This document shows, one piece after another, positions 28,708-38,408 of a DNA stretch of 64,000 bases (position 1 is the stretch's first letter; each line of letters opens with the position of its first letter). The position numbers and the translations under genes are program-made. This stretch comes from Candidatus Heimdallarchaeum aukensis (lineage in GTDB: Archaea > Asgardarchaeota > Heimdallarchaeia > Heimdallarchaeales > Heimdallarchaeaceae): positions 160,001-224,000 of the forward strand of contig CP084166.1 in NCBI GenBank assembly GCA_021513695.1, read 5' to 3'. A model generated the notes under the pieces. That model searched no databases, had not been told where the DNA came from, and saw only the letters and a program-made list of their open reading frames with translations.

Positions 28708-28763
28708 ATAAATAAATTAGGAAATCAGAAAAATTTATCTGTTCAAAGAAAAACTATTATGTA

Positions 28764-29552
28764 GTGATAAAGTTGAAAATGATAAATGAAGATATTTGTA
28801 TAAGCAAAGATGAGTTTTTGATTGTTCAGGAAAAAGACATCGAATTTAAGAACCCCATAGTTTTCCTTACATATCCTACTTCAGGGGTTATAGGACCTAT
28901 TATTTCAAATCAGATGATCTCTTCTTTAAAATTAAAAGAAATAGGTTTTTTCAAATCTAAGTTCCTCTCTCCAGTTGTTATCTTTACTGACAACGTACTT
29001 AAACATCCTTACCTAATTTATTCAAATCATGATGGGTCAATTGTGTTAATTTCGATTAATTATCCAGTTCCTCAGAGTTCTTACCTTGCTGTTGCCGAAG
29101 GATTGATTAATTGGGTTGATAGAGAACTAAATGCTAAATATATTGTATGTTTAGATGCTATTCCTGTTCAAGTACGACCCGAGAAAAAAATAGTTATTAC
29201 GGCTGCAGAAAAAGAAATTGCAGATGAAATGAAGAAATATGCAGTCGAATTATATGAAGATGGGGTTGTTTTGGGCTTATCAGGAGCAGTGATGAGTGAA
29301 GCATTACTAAGACAAATTGTAGGAATAGCTTTGCTAACTCCAGCTACAGTTAACTTTCCTGACCCAGAAGCAGCTCTACATTTAGTTGAGGTGATAAATG
29401 ACTTTTTTAAGCTAGGTATAGACATCCAACCTTTAATACAAGAATCTGAAAATATTAAGAAACAACTATCCTTAATGTCTCAAAAACAACAACAAATTGA
29501 AAAAGAAAAAATTCTTCCTCCCAGATCTTCTTTGAGAGAAAGCTTCGTCTAA
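28764..29552 (+). CDS. PAC2-family protein (proteasome-assembly-chaperone-2-like, archaeal PbaA/PbaB type)
   Basis: 'PIVFLTYPTSGVIGPIISNQMISSLKL...IGFFKSKFLSPVVIF' matches the conserved PAC2 N-terminal pattern. Confidence 0.45.
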   Translation: MIKLKMINEDICISKDEFLIVQEKDIEFKNPIVFLTYPTSGVIGPIISNQMISSLKLKEIGFFKSKFLSPVVIFTDNVLKHPYLIYSNHDGSIVLISINYPVPQSSYLAVAEGLINWVDRELNAKYIVCLDAIPVQVRPEKKIVITAAEKEIADEMKKYAVELYEDGVVLGLSGAVMSEALLRQIVGIALLTPATVNFPDPEAALHLVEVINDFFKLGIDIQPLIQESENIKKQLSLMSQKQQQIEKEKILPPRSSLRESFV

Positions 29553-29592
29553 ACACTACTTTTTTATTATTTTTCATTTTTTCTAATCTGAA

Positions 29593-30561
29593 ATGAAAAT
29601 TTTTGTTACTCGTAAAATACCAAGAGAAGGAATAGAACTATTGATAAAAAATGGTTTTGAAGTTGAGGTTTTTGAAAAAAAAGAACCCATTTCGAGAGAA
29701 GAACTTCTAAATGGAGCAAAAGGAGCAGATGGATTAATCTGTTTGTTAACTGATAAAATTGATAAAGAGATCATGGAAAAAACTGGAATTAAAGCTATAG
29801 CAAACTATGCTGTAGGATATGATAATATAGATATTCAAGCAGCTACTGAACTAAAAATTCCTGTAACAAACACTCCTGGAGTTCTTACTGATGCAACAGC
29901 AGATTTGACATGGGCTTTAATTCTTGCAGTAAGCAGAAGAATTGTAGAAGCTGATAAGTTTGTAAGAGAACAAAGATTCAAAGGGTGGGAACCAATGCTT
30001 TTTCTTGGTGGAGATTTCAAAAATAAGACTATTGGTATCATAGGAATGGGAAGAATAGGAGAAGCTGTGGCAAGAAGAGCAGTAGGTTTTGGAATGAATA
30101 TCATTTACTTTAATAGAACAAGAAAAAAGAACTTAGAGGAAGAATTAAATGCTAAATTTGTTCCACTAGACACTTTGTTAAAAGAAAGTGACTACATAAG
30201 CATTCATTGCCCCTATACACCAGAGACGCACCATTTAATTGATTGGGAAGAGTTTGAGTTAATGAAACATTCATGTTACTTGATAAATACAGCTAGGGGA
30301 AAAGTAGTTAATGAAAAAGCATTGATAAAAGTTTTACAAGAAAAAAGAATAATGGGCGCAGGATTAGATGTGTTTTACAATGAACCAGAAGTTCCAAAAG
30401 AATTTTATTCACTTCCTAATGTGGTTCTTCTCCCACACATTGGTTCAGCAAGTATAGAAACAAGAAACAAGATGGCTGTAATGGCTGCAGAGAATATTAT
30501 CGAATGCCTAAAAGGAAATATACCTCCAAATATTATAAATAAAGAGATATATGAAAAATAA
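29593..30561 (+). CDS. glyoxylate/hydroxypyruvate reductase-type D-2-hydroxyacid dehydrogenase
   Basis: 'IGIIGMGRIGEAVARR' GxGxxG; 'GAGLDVFYNEPE'; 'LLPHIGSASIETR'. Confidence 0.8.
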   Translation: MKIFVTRKIPREGIELLIKNGFEVEVFEKKEPISREELLNGAKGADGLICLLTDKIDKEIMEKTGIKAIANYAVGYDNIDIQAATELKIPVTNTPGVLTDATADLTWALILAVSRRIVEADKFVREQRFKGWEPMLFLGGDFKNKTIGIIGMGRIGEAVARRAVGFGMNIIYFNRTRKKNLEEELNAKFVPLDTLLKESDYISIHCPYTPETHHLIDWEEFELMKHSCYLINTARGKVVNEKALIKVLQEKRIMGAGLDVFYNEPEVPKEFYSLPNVVLLPHIGSASIETRNKMAVMAAENIIECLKGNIPPNIINKEIYEK

Positions 30562-30566
30562 AAAAA

Positions 30567-31874
30567 TTAAGGATAAACTCGATTTCGAGTTCTAGGGAAG
30601 GGTAAAGTTTCTTGAATAGAGTCTAAACCACATAACCACCAAGTAATTCTTTCTGCACCAAGACCAAATCCCGAATGTGGAACAGAACCATATTTTCTCA
30701 AATCGATGTACCATTTATAATCCTCTGTACTCCACCCTTCTTCCTTGATTCGTCTGATAAGAGTTTTTAGATCATCTTCTCTTTGTCCACCAGTGATGAT
30801 CTCTCCAAAACCTTCAGGCGCTATTAAATCTGCAGAATAACACCATTTAGGGTCATCTTGATAAATCTTAACGTAAAATGGTTTGTGGTGGGCAGGATAC
30901 ATTGTAATAAAGAATGGTTCTCCAATGATCTTAGATAAAGTTCTTTCTTCTTCAGTTTTTATATCGTCATCCCATTTTAGGTTAAATCCGTTATCATTCA
31001 AAATATCTATTGCTTCTTTGTAAGTTATTCTTTTGAATGGAGTTTTGATTTTTTCTAGTTCTGTTGTATCTCTGTTAAGGGCTTTCAACTCTTTTTTATT
31101 GTTTTCAAGAATATAATGAACTATATATGTTACAAGTTCCTCTTGTATTTTCATATTTCCTTCGAAGTCTACAAAAGCTTCTTCTCCTTCTATATGCCAG
31201 AACTCGTTTACATGTCTTTTTGTTCGCATTTTTTCTGCTCTAAAGCTTGGGGTAACAGAATAAACTTTTTCTAAACCGTATATTAGCGCTTCTAAATATA
31301 ATTGAGCACTTTGACTTAGATAAGCGGTTTTATCAAAGTATTTAAGGCTGAAAAGTGTTGCTCCCCCTTCACAAGCAGAACCAGTTAGTATGGGAGGAGT
31401 CGTTTCATAAAAGCCATTGTTGTAAAACCATTCTCTTGCTGCTCTAAGAACAGAAGCTTTTACTTTCATCACATTAACTGATTTTTGGCTTCTTAAGAAT
31501 AAATGAGCATTATCACGGATGAATTCTTGACTTTGATCCTTCGAGATAGGAAAGACTTCACCTTTATGAATGAATTTAAAGTCAGTTATATGAACCTCAA
31601 CATTATTTATTGCCCGATTATCTTCTACAGGTTTACCTTCTATGATTATTGAATTCTCTATTGCTGCATTTTCTAAATTCTTCCATACTTCTTCTGGTAA
31701 TTCTTCTCTATTTGCAACACATTGAATAAGTCCAGAAGCATCTCTTAAAACAATGAAAATTTTCTTTTTCATTATTCTTATTCTATAAATCCAACCTCTT
31801 AACCTAACAATTGAATCTGTAGGTTCAACTTCATCTGCAAATTTGTAATTTTCGGGCATGATATGGTCTAACAA
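30567..31874 (-). CDS. asnS: asparaginyl-tRNA synthetase (class IIb)
   Basis: 'YFDKTAYLSQSAQLYLEALIYGLEKVYSVTPSFRAEKMRTKRHVNEFWHIEGE' (motif 2 region) and 'YGSVPHSGFGLGAERITWW...PFPRTRNRVYP' (motif 3) closely match archaeal AsnRS; 435 aa. Confidence 0.7.
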   Translation of the reverse strand: MLDHIMPENYKFADEVEPTDSIVRLRGWIYRIRIMKKKIFIVLRDASGLIQCVANREELPEEVWKNLENAAIENSIIIEGKPVEDNRAINNVEVHITDFKFIHKGEVFPISKDQSQEFIRDNAHLFLRSQKSVNVMKVKASVLRAAREWFYNNGFYETTPPILTGSACEGGATLFSLKYFDKTAYLSQSAQLYLEALIYGLEKVYSVTPSFRAEKMRTKRHVNEFWHIEGEEAFVDFEGNMKIQEELVTYIVHYILENNKKELKALNRDTTELEKIKTPFKRITYKEAIDILNDNGFNLKWDDDIKTEEERTLSKIIGEPFFITMYPAHHKPFYVKIYQDDPKWCYSADLIAPEGFGEIITGGQREDDLKTLIRRIKEEGWSTEDYKWYIDLRKYGSVPHSGFGLGAERITWWLCGLDSIQETLPFPRTRNRVYP

Positions 31875-31961
31875 TAGACCAATAAAAAATTTTGGGAAGA
31901 ATAGTATTTAAATAAAAAAACATTTTTGGTTTGTTTAGAAAAAGTGGAGAAAAAGTTTTTG

Positions 31962-32996
31962 CTACTCTTCTTCATTTAACTCAAAAAGATGAGATTTAGG
32001 ATATTTTTTATTGTCAATTATTAAATAATCTACTGGAAAGAAAAAGTGATTATCTTCAAATTTAACAGGGTTAATGGATATATGAGCCATTCCTTGTATT
32101 TTATCTGCAACAATAAGTGAGAGGGGATTTTTAGCATTTGGATTTGTTCCTATTCCAAATTGATCAACATATAGATTGGTTTTTTTCATAAGTTCTTTCA
32201 TCATTTTACCTTTTTTTCCTCCTCCTTCTACTTCTGTAATTAGATTATTTTTTATCCACAAAGTTATTTGCTCTGAAAGATCTTCAGTCCAACCAGGAAA
32301 AATGTTTAATCTCCCATTAACAAGTATATTGTCATTGTTAGGACCTATAATATCTATACCTACTTCTCCAGATGGAATATTCATTATTAACCCTTTTTCT
32401 TCGAAAATTCCTGTGTCACAGTACATACCAACTTGTTTATTTATATTAATTTCAAGAGAACTCCCGGATGGGTCAAATATCCTAAAATTGTTTGTCTTTT
32501 TAATTATATTATATAATTTGGTAGTTAGTTTCTTTAAATAAGGAACATTAACGTCTATTGGCCCGTTTGGCAGAAAATCTTCAATAGAAATTTGTGGAGA
32601 AGAACATTGATTTATTGCTTTTCTTTTGAGTAAATCATTGAAAACTGTCACTCTGGTAAGAGAAAAATGAGTGATTGTGAATACAAAATCTGATTCGCTA
32701 ACTTTCTTGTTTAGTATTGGGTCATCAGGATCAACATAATGCTGATATGTAGGTTTAATAAAATAGATTTTAGTAGGGTTAGGAAAATTTGACTCAATAA
32801 CTTTTTTTATGCTTCTAGCAAGTAAATTTCGTTCAATCATATCTGAAAGTAAAGAAATTTGTTTATCTACAAAATCAGTTGATGTGGGATAATCGCTTAC
32901 AATTAAAATTTTATCACTTTTATCTAATAACCAGTATTCTTCCACTAATTTTTTAACTGTAGGAGTAATTTTTCTCTCAAGTGTTTTTATTGACAT
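31962..32996 (-). CDS. hypothetical protein (344 aa)
   Basis: Long ORF, no family recognised. Confidence 0.35.
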   Translation of the reverse strand: MSIKTLERKITPTVKKLVEEYWLLDKSDKILIVSDYPTSTDFVDKQISLLSDMIERNLLARSIKKVIESNFPNPTKIYFIKPTYQHYVDPDDPILNKKVSESDFVFTITHFSLTRVTVFNDLLKRKAINQCSSPQISIEDFLPNGPIDVNVPYLKKLTTKLYNIIKKTNNFRIFDPSGSSLEININKQVGMYCDTGIFEEKGLIMNIPSGEVGIDIIGPNNDNILVNGRLNIFPGWTEDLSEQITLWIKNNLITEVEGGGKKGKMMKELMKKTNLYVDQFGIGTNPNAKNPLSLIVADKIQGMAHISINPVKFEDNHFFFPVDYLIIDNKKYPKSHLFELNEEE

Positions 32997-33111
32997 TCTT
33001 TATGAAATAATAAATTTAACACTTAAAAATTCATTGATAAGATGTGTTTTGAATAAACAGTAAAATTATAAAAAATAGAAGAAGGTAAGGAACAATTATT
33101 ATCGACTAAAA

Positions 33112-33690
33112 TTATTTACTTGGTAAAAATGATTCAAGAGAATGGTTCTTTATATGTTGAATTATAGAATTCTTTGTATCAAAAGTTTCTTTACAAATTT
33201 TACATACGAAAATCTTCTTTTCTTGAATATAATCCCCAAAATTTATAACTATAAATTCTGATTTGAAACTTGATTCTTTTTCTAGATTATTCACAACATT
33301 ACTACAGATTTCATTTTTTGTATTTAATAGGTCAGGTGGGAAATCTAAAGTATCTTCATTTTCTTTAAGATAATCTTCGACTTTTTTTGAGAAATCTCTG
33401 GGAAAATACCATTTATTACCCTTTCTCTCAACAAATTTTTTTAGAAAGTAGTTTATTCTGTTATATAAATTAACCCATGAAGGATGCTGTGAAGCCCCCA
33501 GAAATGATTCAAATTGGCCATATGCTATATATCGAGCAATCGTAGATGTGTCTATTGCTACTGGTTGCCAATCTGCTTTATTCTCAAAATGCTTGAATGA
33601 TTCCACTGCGTCAACTATAGATTTTAGCAAATTTACCTTATCGATATCAAAATTCGCTTCTGTATGTGATGACCCTTTTTCACTAATCAT
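33112..33690 (-). CDS. C2H2 zinc-finger protein
   Basis: C-terminal 'FVCKICKETFDTKNSIIQHIKNH', a canonical Cx2Cx12Hx3H. Confidence 0.5.
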   Translation of the reverse strand: MISEKGSSHTEANFDIDKVNLLKSIVDAVESFKHFENKADWQPVAIDTSTIARYIAYGQFESFLGASQHPSWVNLYNRINYFLKKFVERKGNKWYFPRDFSKKVEDYLKENEDTLDFPPDLLNTKNEICSNVVNNLEKESSFKSEFIVINFGDYIQEKKIFVCKICKETFDTKNSIIQHIKNHSLESFLPSK

Positions 33691-34374
33691 AATTATAGAA
33701 GCTATAAACCTACTACTTTTAAGTATTATTCTTTTTTCAGAAAGTTGTAAAAAATTGACAAATTTTTATAACTTTTTACTTTTTTAAAATAGTTTGCTAA
33801 ATAATTCCTTATTTAGTGATAAGAAGAGCAATTTCACCAAAATATCTTGGTATTTTAACTAAAAGGTATATTAAGAAAAAAGGTCAATGTTATTGTGAAA
33901 TTATTAGTGATTTTGAGAAATTAATACTTTTTCATATCTTTTTTTAAATAACTAGAAAAAATTATGCTAGAGCAAACACAATCTTTTTATTTTTTAATAC
34001 TATCTATAAATTAAAGAATTCTTGAGTGGTTAAAATGTCAGAAGAAGAAGAAAGAAAAATTGATCCAGACTTGAAGAAAGAATTACTCGAAAAAACTGGG
34101 GAATCAAGTTCCGATGTTGATGAAATAGCAAAAAAATTGGAAGGTAAAATACCAACAAAACCTAAAGAAGAATAATAACTTTTTTTAACATTTTTTTAAA
34201 AAATTATTCTTTCTATTTTGTTTCTATTTTTGTTTAAGTTTTTGATAGAATTTCTTTTCTGGGAGATTCAAGATTTTTAGATTTTAATTAAATTTTGTAA
34301 TTCTTTTTTTATTTAGAATTACTTCTTTATTATTAGAGTTACATAGTGAACTTTAAGAAATAAATATCTTTTTT

Positions 34375-35571
34375 TTGTTTAGCATGCTTAAGAAAGAGAC
34401 TTATAAAGATATGATTACTGCAAATCAAGCTGTTGCATTAGCTGTTGTTCGTGCAAAACCCAAAGTTATTGCTGCTTATCCTATATCTCCTCAAACTACA
34501 ATTGTTGAATATCTCGCTGATTATTGTGCTTCAGGTGATCTTGATGCAGAATATGTTAGAGTAGAGTCTGAGCATAGTGCAATGACTGTTGTAGCTGCTG
34601 CACAAGGAACAGGTGTTAGAACTTTTACAACCACTGCATCTCAAGGTTTAGCTTATATGCATGAAGTAGTGGCTGCTACTGGAGGAATGCGATTACCTGT
34701 TGTAATGTTTGTAGCTAATCGCACACTCATGAGTCCTGGGGGTATTTGGCCTGAATATTCAGATACCATGCCTGAAAGAGACACAGCTTGGCTTCAAGTT
34801 TATGTTGAAGATAATCAAGAAGTTTTTGATATGATTATTCAAGCTTATAAAATAGCTGAACATAAAGATGTGTTATTACCAATAATGGTCTGTGGAGATG
34901 GATATATTCTTACTCATACATCAGACACTGTTGAAATTTTAGGAGAGAAAGAAGTAGATGAATTTCTTCCACAATATAAATCAGAGCATGCATATTTGGA
35001 TATTGAAAGACCTTTGGCACAAGGAATAATTGTTCCACCTGCATACCATATGGAAGCAAAATATCAAATGCATATGGCTATGAGAAAAGCAAAAAAAGTA
35101 ATCCAAGAAGTTAATGAGGAATTTTCAAAGAAATTCGGTCGAGATTACGGGGGGTTAATAGATACTTATAAGCTAGAAGACGCAGAAATAGCATTAACAG
35201 TTGTAGGTTCAACTACAGGAACAGCAAGAACAGTAGTTGACGAATTAAGAAAAAAAGGGGTAAAAATAGGTCTTCTTAAAATTAGATTCTTTAGACCTTT
35301 TCCATTTGAAGAAATAAGAAAAGCTTTGGAAAATATGAAAGCTATAGGTGTTTTTGATAGAAGCTTATCTTATGGTTCTACAGGACAATTTTTTGGTGAA
35401 GTTAGAAACGCGTTATATGGGTTAAATATTCCTATAGTTAATTTTATTGCAGGATTAGGTGGGAGAGACATTAGAGAAGAAGATATTCGAACAATGATTA
35501 ACAAAATCGATGAACTAAAGGACAAAGAACAACCAGAAGATCCTATAATATTCGTTAATACTCGATTTTGA
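34375..35571 (+). CDS. 2-oxoacid (pyruvate/2-ketoisovalerate):ferredoxin oxidoreductase, alpha subunit
   Basis: 'ITANQAVALAVVRAKPKVIAAYPISPQTTIVEYLAD', the typical PorA/VorA N-terminus; ~395 aa. Confidence 0.8.
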   Translation: MFSMLKKETYKDMITANQAVALAVVRAKPKVIAAYPISPQTTIVEYLADYCASGDLDAEYVRVESEHSAMTVVAAAQGTGVRTFTTTASQGLAYMHEVVAATGGMRLPVVMFVANRTLMSPGGIWPEYSDTMPERDTAWLQVYVEDNQEVFDMIIQAYKIAEHKDVLLPIMVCGDGYILTHTSDTVEILGEKEVDEFLPQYKSEHAYLDIERPLAQGIIVPPAYHMEAKYQMHMAMRKAKKVIQEVNEEFSKKFGRDYGGLIDTYKLEDAEIALTVVGSTTGTARTVVDELRKKGVKIGLLKIRFFRPFPFEEIRKALENMKAIGVFDRSLSYGSTGQFFGEVRNALYGLNIPIVNFIAGLGGRDIREEDIRTMINKIDELKDKEQPEDPIIFVNTRF

Positions 35572-35770
35572 GTATACAATTTTTTTATTTCTCTTTTTTT
35601 TAAGAAAACTAGAAAAAGTGAAGCTAAAAACTTTAAGTTTAATTATTTTTTATCTAGAGACGCTATTACCTTCTATATCATTTACAAGCAGTTAGATTAG
35701 CATTTAGATTCACACTGTTTATAGGATTAACTTAGAGGTTTTTTTCCTTGATTTTAGACTAAAGTTTAAA

Positions 35771-35793
35771 TACTAGTTCTTTTATAACTAGTA
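35771..35793. promoter_or_regulatory. 8-bp perfect inverted repeat (TACTAGTT-cttttat-AACTAGTA) enclosing the TATA-like element of the histone-fold gene
   Basis: Seen directly; strong SD 'AGGAGG' at 35806-35811 and ATG at 35820. Confidence 0.4.
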
Positions 35794-35819
35794 CTTGAAC
35801 CTTTTAGGAGGTTAGAACT

Positions 35820-36026
35820 ATGGCGAAAAAGAAGAAAGCTGCACCAAAAGCTGATATCCTTATCGTCAAATCAAAAGTTCGAGAATATGTTAAGAGCCTT
35901 GGAGAATTCCAAATGAGTTCAGACTTTATTGAAGCTCTAAATACTGAAGTAGCTGGATTAATCAAATCAGCTGCTGAGAGAACAAAGGCTAACAACAGAA
36001 AGACACTCTCTGCAAGAGACGTATAA
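35820..36026 (+). CDS. histone-fold DNA-binding protein (archaeal histone-like, 68 aa)
   Basis: '...EALNTEVAGLIKSAAERTKANNRKTLSARDV' resembles the histone-fold alpha2-L2-alpha3 region (RKT..A.D); strong RBS. Confidence 0.5.
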   Translation: MAKKKKAAPKADILIVKSKVREYVKSLGEFQMSSDFIEALNTEVAGLIKSAAERTKANNRKTLSARDV

Positions 36027-36199
36027 AATTCTCGACGTGATTTGATAGGGAAAAAGAAGACTCAACTAGGTTGAATCTTCCTTAAGTATAAAAATAATTA
36101 TATCTTTTTATTTCTTTCTATTTTTTTGTCGGATGAATATTTAACTTTTAGGCTTTTTTACCAAAAAGTTAATAGTTTTTAGATAATTCTTCCTTAATA

Positions 36200-36910
36200 A
36201 TGCAGATAGAAGGAGAATATACATATGCCAAATTTATAGAAAGGCCAAACAGGTTTTTAGCAAAAGTAAAACTTTATTCTACAGAAAAAGTAGAGTATTG
36301 TCATGTTCCAGATCCAGGAAGATTAAAGGAATTACTTTTACCTAACGTTGAAGTTTTTTTAAGAAAAGAAAAGAGTCAAATTAGAAAAACAAAATATTCT
36401 CTAATAGGTGTTAAAGCGGAAAATGGTACTTGGGTCAACATTGACTCACAGATTAGTAATAAGCTCTTTTATTTAGAGATGAAAAAAATTGAAAATTTTA
36501 GTAACTATAAGATCCTAAAGAAAGAATTTAGTTTAGGAAAAAGTAGAATAGACTTCTTGTTAAGAAATGTTGAAAACAGTAAGCAAGCTTTGGTTGAAGT
36601 GAAAAGTGTTACTTTGGTTGAAGAAAACACAGCTTTATTTCCTGATGCTCCGACGAAGAGAGGAGTAAAGCATCTGAAAGAACTTGAAGAAGCGGTTAAA
36701 GAAAACAAATATAATGCTTTTATTGTTTTTATTGTAAAGAGATCTGATGCTAAAAGTTTTAGTCCTAATTGGGAAAGAGATAAAAATTTTGCTAGCGCAC
36801 TAGTTGAAAGTTCTAAAAAAGGAGTTAAAATAATAGCTGTTGTATGCTCTTTTTCTCCTGAAAGAAAGGAATTGAGTATAATAAATAAAATCCCTATATT
36901 TCTGAATTAA
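36200..36910 (+). CDS. sfsA: SfsA-family protein (sugar-fermentation-stimulation / nuclease-like)
   Basis: 'RPNRFLAKV...EYCHVPDPGRL' matches the SfsA N-terminal OB-like domain; 236 aa. Confidence 0.65.
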   Translation: MQIEGEYTYAKFIERPNRFLAKVKLYSTEKVEYCHVPDPGRLKELLLPNVEVFLRKEKSQIRKTKYSLIGVKAENGTWVNIDSQISNKLFYLEMKKIENFSNYKILKKEFSLGKSRIDFLLRNVENSKQALVEVKSVTLVEENTALFPDAPTKRGVKHLKELEEAVKENKYNAFIVFIVKRSDAKSFSPNWERDKNFASALVESSKKGVKIIAVVCSFSPERKELSIINKIPIFLN

Positions 36911-36928
36911 TATCGCGTCATTTGTTCT

Positions 36929-38404
36929 TTAACTTAACGATTTTTTTCTCATTTTCTCTATATATTCTTGACTATAACCAAACAAAATAAACTTTCTAGA
37001 ATTTTCAAAAGTGATTTTCACTGAAATTTCTTGTTCATTATCTAAAAATATTTCAGGTAGTAGCATGTTTGATTTTATATTTTCAATTTTTATTATAGGT
37101 ATAGATTTTAGAACTCTGTCTTTTGTTGTTAATACAAATAAATGTTCATCAACAATTGTCCATTTTGCTACATATTCTTTTTTTACGACCTCATTTATTG
37201 AATTTATATAGATATCATCGAAGAAAACTTGTTCTGTTTTTATTATTGCTTCTATTATGAAACTGGTCAGTAGGTAGAGAACTATAAACCAATAAACATA
37301 ATTTTCATCCCAAAAATGAATAACAAATAAAACCATTGAAACAATTAAGAACGCAAAATTACCCAGAAATTGAAGAAAATATTTGTGTGCCTTTTTTAAT
37401 CCCTCTTTTACCTTCGTTTTCTGTTTATAAGCAGTAAAATGCTTAAAATTTAGATATTTTTCATAATCGTTTTCATAATCTTTAAAGAAAAAAGGTTGAA
37501 AGATTTTTTTCCATTTAACTACTCTTGCAGGAATTTTGTAAAACATTTCTTCTTCATTACCAAATGATATTTTAGATGAAATCCAATTTTTAGGTAGATC
37601 TTCTTTTTCTTTTACTCTTAAGAAAACATTTTTTATTTCTCTTTTCATTTTTACTTTTTCTCTTAATTTTACTATTTTAAAATATGAAAAAATTAGTATA
37701 ATTGAGAAAAAAGTACTAAGTACAGTAAGTGTGAAAGTTGTATAATATGCAGTTTTCAGACTTATATTATTGTTAAAAGCAATATAGAGCGAGGGTAATG
37801 TTAGGGCCAACATAAACAAAATCCCTATTGCTTGAATATTGTTTTCTAATCTAAAATTCTGATTTCTAGTTCTCCTAATAGATTTCTTTAACAAATAAGA
37901 TAGTAATTTAAAGGCTTTGTAGTATGCTAAAAAGAAGAAAGTAGGAAAAAGTACAAACATACATATATACAACCATATTGAAAATATAGAAGGTTGTGTG
38001 TAATCTTCTGTTCTAAGAAATGAGCTGAAAATAAGAAAGCTAAGTAAAGTTGAGAAACCTAAAACAAATATGTTAGGAAAAATAAAAGTCCAAATCGCAA
38101 ATGATTCCATTATTAACTTCCTTGAATCAACGATTTGATTCAAAGGATATAAATCAGAAAGAGGATCTTGAATGCTTTTATCATCTGTTTCATTCTTGAA
38201 ATAGTAGCCCTCAAATATTATTTCTTTCTGATTCTTTGATTTCCAATTAACAAAATCTATTATTAGTTCTCTTTGGTTATTGGAAATATCTTTGGTATGG
38301 ATGTTGTAATCTTCAATTTCTCCTTTTTTTCTAAAATAATCAGTTTTAATCCTGACAGATTTTTTATTTCTTGAAATATATTTTTCTTTATTTGTTACCT
38401 TCAT
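36929..38404 (-). CDS. polytopic membrane protein with a C-terminal PH-like (bPH/YdbT-type) domain
   Basis: ~95-aa soluble N-terminus, then at least six hydrophobic helices, then a C-terminal beta-rich ~80 aa ('LFVLTTKDRVLKSIPIIKIENI...ISVKITFENSRKFILFGYSQEYIEKM'). Starts 4 bp after the helicase stop. Confidence 0.45.
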   Translation of the reverse strand: MKVTNKEKYISRNKKSVRIKTDYFRKKGEIEDYNIHTKDISNNQRELIIDFVNWKSKNQKEIIFEGYYFKNETDDKSIQDPLSDLYPLNQIVDSRKLIMESFAIWTFIFPNIFVLGFSTLLSFLIFSSFLRTEDYTQPSIFSIWLYICMFVLFPTFFFLAYYKAFKLLSYLLKKSIRRTRNQNFRLENNIQAIGILFMLALTLPSLYIAFNNNISLKTAYYTTFTLTVLSTFFSIILIFSYFKIVKLREKVKMKREIKNVFLRVKEKEDLPKNWISSKISFGNEEEMFYKIPARVVKWKKIFQPFFFKDYENDYEKYLNFKHFTAYKQKTKVKEGLKKAHKYFLQFLGNFAFLIVSMVLFVIHFWDENYVYWFIVLYLLTSFIIEAIIKTEQVFFDDIYINSINEVVKKEYVAKWTIVDEHLFVLTTKDRVLKSIPIIKIENIKSNMLLPEIFLDNEQEISVKITFENSRKFILFGYSQEYIEKMRKKSLS

Positions 38405-38408
38405 CTTT

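Noticed and set aside
33790-34374. Long AT-rich non-coding stretch inspected for tRNA/ncRNA genes
   Set aside because: No GC-rich island or cloverleaf-capable segment is visible. The same holds for the other long intergenic regions (7921-8216, 46521-46867, 41394-41609, 42970-43201). I found no tRNA, rRNA, RNase P or SRP RNA by eye, although a covariance-model scan is needed to be sure.
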